NCBI GenBank assembly: GCA_963422615.1
Contig: OY730414.1
Span: 558,001-622,000 of the forward strand
Source: Longimicrobiales bacterium
GTDB taxonomy: Bacteria; Gemmatimonadota; Gemmatimonadetes; Longimicrobiales; Gaopeijiaceae
DNA: 64,000 nt
Direction: 5' to 3'
The notes under the pieces were generated by a model. That model was not told where the DNA came from. It worked only from the letters and a program-made list of their open reading frames with translations, and made no database searches. Positions 58,458-64,000 of this stretch are shown here, piece by piece. Within the stretch, counting starts at the first letter, position 1. Each line of letters opens with the position of its first letter. The position numbers were made by a program, and so were the translations under genes.

Positions 58458-59266
58458 TCATCCTTCACGCCTCCGACCTTCACTTCGGTCGCCCCCATCG
58501 GCCCTTGGCGTTGAGGGCTCTCGCCCGCTTCGCCGTTGAGACGAGCCCGGACGTCGTCGTCTTTTCCGGGGACTTCACCCAGCGCGCCAAAGTGAATGAG
58601 TACGAAGCGGCTCGGACGTTCCTGGCCACCCTGGAGGTCCCGGTTGTTGTCGTTGCGGGGAACCACGATGTGCCGCTGTACCGCTTCTGGGAGCGGCTGG
58701 TTTCACCGTATGGGAACTACCGGAAGTACATCGCCCGGGAACTGGATACGGTGCTGGATCTGAATGTGGGGCCGGGCCTTCCCGAGGGGCGCTTCGTCGG
58801 TTTGAACTCCGCGGCTCCCCGCTCTGCCATCGTGAATGGCCGCTTGACCCGGAAGCAGCTCGCATTCGCCGAACGGTCGTTCGCTTCCGCTTCCCCCGAA
58901 TCCCTGCGAATCCTTGTCGTTCACCACAACCTCCTGGACCCGGCGGACGGGGAGCCAGGCAGGCCCATGCGGGGGGCCCGGAGGGTCCTGGAGAGGATCG
59001 GGGCGTGGGGTGTGGATCTGGTGATCTCGGGCCACATCCATCGAAGCTATCTGGGCTGGAACGGCGTCCCCTTCATTCATGCGGGCACCGCCTCGTCGAA
59101 CCGGGGTAGGGGACTGGAACACGCGCGGAACTCCGTTAACCTGATCCGGGTGGAAGGGTCGAATGTAGAGGTTTCCGTTTACCTTTACTCCGAGGTCAGC
59201 GAACGGTTTCTACAGGCGGGGAGCCACCAGTATCAGGAGGGCATCCGGGCCCGGATCCGCCAATAG
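58454..59266 (+). CDS. Metallophosphoesterase (CpdA-like)
   Basis: SDLHFG, SGDFTQ, GNHD, HH and GHIH. Confidence 0.92.
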   Translation: MIILHASDLHFGRPHRPLALRALARFAVETSPDVVVFSGDFTQRAKVNEYEAARTFLATLEVPVVVVAGNHDVPLYRFWERLVSPYGNYRKYIARELDTVLDLNVGPGLPEGRFVGLNSAAPRSAIVNGRLTRKQLAFAERSFASASPESLRILVVHHNLLDPADGEPGRPMRGARRVLERIGAWGVDLVISGHIHRSYLGWNGVPFIHAGTASSNRGRGLEHARNSVNLIRVEGSNVEVSVYLYSEVSERFLQAGSHQYQEGIRARIRQ

Positions 59267-59291
59267 TTCCGACGAGGAAGGAGCGTTCGCG

Positions 59292-61625
59292 GTGAAGCGG
59301 GTTGAGTTTGCGGGTCGGCCAGGGCGGGTCGGATCGGTATGGATGACCGAACCCGCTTGCTGTTCCGGTGCGGGGGGGCGCCCGATCGTCATTCTTGCCG
59401 GCCTTGTCGTCCTGCAACTTGCGGGTGCGTTTTCTCCTGCCCGCGGCCAGTCCGCGCGGGAAGAAATCGTCTCCGTTGAGTTTACGGGGAACCGAGCCTT
59501 CTCCGACGCGGAACTTCAGCAGGCGATCCTTACCCAGCCCTCGACATGTCCGCTCATCCTGGCGGTCACGACCTGCGCCCTGGGGCTTGACTGGGGACGA
59601 GACCGCTTCTACCACAGTCCCCGGAGCCTGAGCCAGGATGTGGAACGGCTGCGGATCCTGTACCGAGCCCATGGCTTTCGGGGAGTGACCGTGGATACCG
59701 CAGTGGTGCACGATGCGGGAACCGTGTCCATCGATTTCCAGATCCACGAGGGGCCACCCTTCCGGGTGGGGTCGGTCAACTTTTCCGGAGACCCAGTGCC
59801 GCCTGCGTTGAGCTTCGAGGGGGATCTCCCCGTCGGTCCGGGCGATCCCCTGAGCTTTCTCTACCTCCGGGCGACCTCCGATACGCTCACGAACCGGCTC
59901 CGGGGCTCGGGCTACGCGTCCGCGGATGTTTTTCTGCGCTACCGTCTGACTCGGGGCAGCGATACCGCGACGGTTACGTACGACGTGGACCTGGGTCCGG
60001 TCACGACCGTCGGTCCGGTTCGGGTGACCGGAAACCGGCTGCTGGACGAAGAGGTGATCCTTGATCGTCTGCCATTCCGGGAGGGCCAGCTCTTCCGGGA
60101 GTACCAGATTCACGAAGCCCAGCGGAGCCTCCATGAGCTGGGGATCGTGGCCCGGGCTCTTGTCGAACGAGACACGGTCCGAATAGACCTGGACTCGGTC
60201 ATTCCAATCCGGGTCGAAGTGGAGGAGGGCGATGCGTACCGGGTCCGGACCGGTGGGGGCTTCAACAGTGCCGAATGTCTCAACTTCGGCGGACGTTGGA
60301 CCAGCCGGAATTTCTTTGGCGGGGGGCGAAGCCTTCAGGCCCGAGTTCAGGCTTCCAACCTCCTCGCGGGTCCCCTCCAGGCCACGCCCTTGTGTGCTCA
60401 GGCGGGCACGGGGGAGTTTGGTCGGGTGAACTGGCTCGTCGGCTTCGACTTCAACCAGCCTACATTCTTCTCTCGTCGAATGAGCCTTTTCGCCGGGGTC
60501 TTCGCGGAGCGCCGTTCCCAGAAGAACATCTTCTTGCGGGATGCCTACGGCCTCGACTTGGGCCTGAGACGGGGGCTGGGTCGTAACGCCTTCTTCAGCC
60601 TGAACTTCCGTCCTCATCTGAGTCGGCTGGCCGCCGCCGAGGTGACCCTTTGCGCGACGTTTTTGGCCTGTGACCCCAGGGACATCGCGGTTCTGTCCGG
60701 GGATAACCGGCTGTTCCCGGTCACCCTGTCCTTCAGCCAAGACCGCACCGACGGAGTATTCAGCCCCAGGAACGGCTTCCGGATCCTCGCCGACTTCGAA
60801 TTCGCCGGGGCTGGGACGGGGTCCGACTACGCCTACGTCAGAACCTTTGCCGATGGCAGTGTCTACCGTGAGATCGATGCCAGCACCGTTCTCGCCCTTC
60901 GGGCCCGAGCCGGAATGATCAGCCCGGGCGCCTTCAAGGATCTTGTTGCTCCCGACGGGCGGCCCCTGGAGATCGTTCCGCCGCAAAAACGGTTCTACGG
61001 TGGGGGTGCGAACAGCGTCCGCGGTTTCGCCCAGAGCACCCTGGGGCCGAGAAGCCTGTCCATTGGCGTGGAGGAGTTACTCCGCCGCCGGGGCCGGAAC
61101 GGGCGGCCCGTCTGCTCCCCTGCCGCCGTTAGGGATCTGACGTGCGACGGGTCTTCTCTCGCCGGATCGGACCTGTTTCAGCTCCGGCCGGTCGGCGGCC
61201 TGCGCACCCTCATGGGGAGTGCCGAACTTCGCTTCGACCTGGCTGACGGCCTTCTGGGAGGGGTGGCGTTTGTCGACGCAGGACAGGTCTGGTCCCGCCG
61301 CGCCGTGATGAGCGAACTCGAGGTGACCCCGGGGTTCGGCATCCGATACAACACGCTTTTCGGCCCGATCCGCTTCGACGTAGCGTATTCGCTCCGGGAT
61401 CAGGAAGCCCTTCGGGTGGTCACATCCCAGATCCGGCCCTTCGTTCCCGGCGTGGACCGGGAATCGGACCGGATCGACATCGGGACGAAGGAAGCCCCGG
61501 GGGAGTTCATCGACTGGGTGGTCTCGGAGGACCTGGCCCTCCTTGCGCCGGTTCTCTTCGGAGACGATCCCGGCTTTTCCCTTCGCCGCTTCCAGTTCCA
61601 CTTCTCCATTGGCCAGGCCTTCTGA
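59292..61625 (+). CDS. BamA/TamA family outer-membrane protein (POTRA domains plus Omp85 barrel)
   Basis: FTGN..FSD POTRA repeats, RNFFGGG, RFYGGGANSVRGF, G.RY.T.FGPIRFD and terminal HFSIGQAF. Confidence 0.93.
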   Translation: MKRVEFAGRPGRVGSVWMTEPACCSGAGGRPIVILAGLVVLQLAGAFSPARGQSAREEIVSVEFTGNRAFSDAELQQAILTQPSTCPLILAVTTCALGLDWGRDRFYHSPRSLSQDVERLRILYRAHGFRGVTVDTAVVHDAGTVSIDFQIHEGPPFRVGSVNFSGDPVPPALSFEGDLPVGPGDPLSFLYLRATSDTLTNRLRGSGYASADVFLRYRLTRGSDTATVTYDVDLGPVTTVGPVRVTGNRLLDEEVILDRLPFREGQLFREYQIHEAQRSLHELGIVARALVERDTVRIDLDSVIPIRVEVEEGDAYRVRTGGGFNSAECLNFGGRWTSRNFFGGGRSLQARVQASNLLAGPLQATPLCAQAGTGEFGRVNWLVGFDFNQPTFFSRRMSLFAGVFAERRSQKNIFLRDAYGLDLGLRRGLGRNAFFSLNFRPHLSRLAAAEVTLCATFLACDPRDIAVLSGDNRLFPVTLSFSQDRTDGVFSPRNGFRILADFEFAGAGTGSDYAYVRTFADGSVYREIDASTVLALRARAGMISPGAFKDLVAPDGRPLEIVPPQKRFYGGGANSVRGFAQSTLGPRSLSIGVEELLRRRGRNGRPVCSPAAVRDLTCDGSSLAGSDLFQLRPVGGLRTLMGSAELRFDLADGLLGGVAFVDAGQVWSRRAVMSELEVTPGFGIRYNTLFGPIRFDVAYSLRDQEALRVVTSQIRPFVPGVDRESDRIDIGTKEAPGEFIDWVVSEDLALLAPVLFGDDPGFSLRRFQFHFSIGQAF

Positions 61626-61627
61626 AC

Positions 61628-64000
61628 GTGAGCCCGACTCGGACCGCCCGGATTCGCCGTTGGAGGCTGGGAAGATGGCCCGCTCGCCTTCTTTTCTGGG
61701 GGACCTTGGTCATGAGCATCCTCTGCGCCGCCGGCGTTGCGGGCGCCGTGGTCCTCTTTCGGACAGCGAAGGGGAGCGAGTTCGCGCTTGAGCGGGTTCT
61801 CGACCAGGTGCGGCCGGCGATCAACGGGACGCTCGAGGTCGGTTCGGCGAAGCCCGGCGGCCTCTTGGGGGCCGTCACCCTGTACGACGTTCGTCTCACC
61901 GACGCGTTGGGCCGCCCGGTCCTGTTCGCGGACTCGATTCGGGCTCGCTATTCCGTCATGGAGCTGCTGGGCGGGTCTCCGTCCATTGCCGATTTGCGTC
62001 TCTGGTCTCCCGTATTTACGGTCCGACCCGAGCCGGGAGAGTGGATCGCTCTCGACCGCCTTTTTGGATCCGTTGGTCCGGCTGCCGACCCCGTTTCTCC
62101 GGGAGGGGGCGTCGAAGATGATACTCCCTCCCCCGCGTTCAAGATTCGGGGGGCCCGGATACACGGCGGCACCGTGGTCATGCGGAGCGGCGGCGGTGCC
62201 CAAGAGCGGGTGGAAGACATCGAAGTGGATTTTTCCCAGGTCGAGGTGTTCCCCGAGAGGGGCATTTACGCCAGGGTCGCCGTGGAGCGCACGACGTTTT
62301 CCCTTCCCGTCGGAGAGAACCGGATGAGCCTGGCCATCACCGGGGGTATCGTGAATGCCGGCCGGGAAGGCGTCACCGTGGAGGCAGAAGAGTTTCGCCT
62401 GCCCGGGTCGCAGGGAGAGGTCAGCGCCGTCGCCCGGCGAGAAGGAAGCGAGGGCTGGCGTACCGCCCTTGAGGTCGACTTTGCCCGCCTGTCCCTGGCG
62501 GATCTGCGCTGGCTGGACGACAGATTCGACCGCGGCGTTGCCAGCGGCAAAGTCGGAATTACCATAAGCGAGCAGGGAATCGCGGCGGATCTGTCCGGGG
62601 TTGAGGTCGAGCTGGACCCGGGTCGGCTGGCTCTTTCGGGGGGTCTTGCCCTGACCGGCGGACGGTTCTCCAGGGAGTCCATCCGGTTTGATGACCTGCG
62701 CCTTTCGGCGCGGGCGGTGCCTACCGAAGAGGTGGGGCGATGGTGGCCTCCCGGCCTCCCTGTCACCGGGGGCGTTTCGGGGGAGATACGGGTCGACGGA
62801 ATTCCGGACCGCCTGGGCGTCCAGGGATGGCTCGCGCTCGTAGACGGCCTGTCTTCGGACACGCTCGCGCTCGCCTCGGGAGGGGGCACGCTCCTGGGTC
62901 CCGGTTCGGTGGAGGAGGCTTCTTTGGCCCTGACCGCCTTGGACTACAGGCTGGTGGAAGCCCTCGTGCCCGGTTTTCCGCAGACCGGGCGGGGGAGCAT
63001 TCACATCTGGGCCGACGGGGATCTGGGCAACGGCATGGCGGTCAGGGTCCGGGCAAACGGAGCGGTGGCCGGAGGTCCATCGGACTCGGTTGCTCTCGCG
63101 GGCACCCTCTTTGGGAACGCCGAAATGCCGGAAGTGTCCGAGTTCGACCTCGAAGCCACGATGAATCCGCTGTCCTTTTCCACAGTCCGGGCGTTCTTGC
63201 CCGGCGTTGCCCTGTCCGGGGAGGCCAGGGGGAACGCCAAACTGGTCGGGGAGCTCGCTCGGCTCCGTGTGGATCTGGACGTAGAGACGTCGGCGGGGCA
63301 TCTGGCTGCGGGAGGGGTGGTGAATGCCCGGGATCCGGCGGCGGGTTACGATCTGCAGGTTGCCGTCAGGGACTTCCGGCTTTCCGCGCTGCTTCCAAGG
63401 CTCCCCGAACCTACCGTCGTGTCGGGCATGGCCCACGTCACTGGGCGCGGGCTCACGCTTCGGGAAGTCCGCAGCGCGCTGGTCCTCCATGCCGGGTCCT
63501 CCTCCGTCGGCCCGGTTCAAGTGGATTCCGCGACCATAGAGGTGCGGGTGGGTGACGACGGCATCCTCGACTTCGAGTCCGTCTACGCCGAAGCGGGAGG
63601 TGTGGTGATCCGAGGCCAGGGAAGCCTGGGCACTGCCCCGGAACCCCTGGGTGAAGGCGTCATCCTATCCGTTTCCTCGCCTTCGATATCGCTGTTGCGT
63701 CCCCTGTTCATGGACGAAAGCCGGGTCGCATGGGACGCGTTGCCGCCCATCGAGCAGAACTTCATGATCGAGGCGTACGGCGTGGATCCTGACACCTTCC
63801 CGGTAACCCGGGACCTTCGCTTCGGGGGCGCCGCCGAAGGCGAAATTCGGATCCAGGGCCGCTTGGACCGACTTTCCGCCGAGGCATCCGTCACCTTTGA
63901 GGCTCTGGAATACGGTTCCTACTCGGCGGGCTCCCTCACTCTGGATCTCACGGCAAGGGAACTTGATTTCTTCCCTTCCGGTCCGGAATTCCAGACCGGA
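61628..64000 (+). CDS. TamB/AsmA-like translocation and assembly protein, partial (runs off window)
   Basis: Not in the ORF track, consistent with no stop before the window end. GTG 61628 reads MSPTRTARIRRWRLG...LLFWGTLVMSILCAAGVAGAVVLFRT (N-terminal anchor), then a beta-rich sequence directly after the TamA-like gene. Confidence 0.8.
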   Translation, partial: MSPTRTARIRRWRLGRWPARLLFWGTLVMSILCAAGVAGAVVLFRTAKGSEFALERVLDQVRPAINGTLEVGSAKPGGLLGAVTLYDVRLTDALGRPVLFADSIRARYSVMELLGGSPSIADLRLWSPVFTVRPEPGEWIALDRLFGSVGPAADPVSPGGGVEDDTPSPAFKIRGARIHGGTVVMRSGGGAQERVEDIEVDFSQVEVFPERGIYARVAVERTTFSLPVGENRMSLAITGGIVNAGREGVTVEAEEFRLPGSQGEVSAVARREGSEGWRTALEVDFARLSLADLRWLDDRFDRGVASGKVGITISEQGIAADLSGVEVELDPGRLALSGGLALTGGRFSRESIRFDDLRLSARAVPTEEVGRWWPPGLPVTGGVSGEIRVDGIPDRLGVQGWLALVDGLSSDTLALASGGGTLLGPGSVEEASLALTALDYRLVEALVPGFPQTGRGSIHIWADGDLGNGMAVRVRANGAVAGGPSDSVALAGTLFGNAEMPEVSEFDLEATMNPLSFSTVRAFLPGVALSGEARGNAKLVGELARLRVDLDVETSAGHLAAGGVVNARDPAAGYDLQVAVRDFRLSALLPRLPEPTVVSGMAHVTGRGLTLREVRSALVLHAGSSSVGPVQVDSATIEVRVGDDGILDFESVYAEAGGVVIRGQGSLGTAPEPLGEGVILSVSSPSISLLRPLFMDESRVAWDALPPIEQNFMIEAYGVDPDTFPVTRDLRFGGAAEGEIRIQGRLDRLSAEASVTFEALEYGSYSAGSLTLDLTARELDFFPSGPEFQTG

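Overview
High-GC bacterial chromosomal segment. The run yebC-ruvC-ruvA-ruvB-queA-tgt-yajC-def-fmt-thiE-thiS-thiG-rsmB-PASTA-TlpA-CdaR-tsaD-lgt-TamA-TamB resembles the order I recall from Gemmatimonadota; this assignment is an inference. The right two thirds (23.5-64 kb) are mostly housekeeping genes on the + strand. The left third holds rnpB, tRNA-Arg(CCG) and three accessory items. (1) A ~1.8 kb AT-richer islet bounded by a 43-bp direct repeat (41/43 identical) that duplicates the 3' end of a rhodanese gene. It carries two paralogous four-cysteine lipoproteins of no family I recognise and no integrase. (2) An iodotyrosine-deiodinase-like nitroreductase followed by a GCS2-CBS ligase and AstE-like peptidase pair. 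(3) A ~12 kb defence locus of the DUF499 / small protein / DUF1156 methylase / PLD-SNF2 helicase type ('restriction-like', Gao_RL-like), with two further ABC-ATPase modules nested in it, both damaged by deletion. The housekeeping region has translation oddities: queA and probably mutS need a non-canonical start, most likely CTG in a CTGA overlap, and several intra-operon gaps are bridged by tiny coupled ORFs. All family assignments come from motif recognition by eye; no database searches were run.
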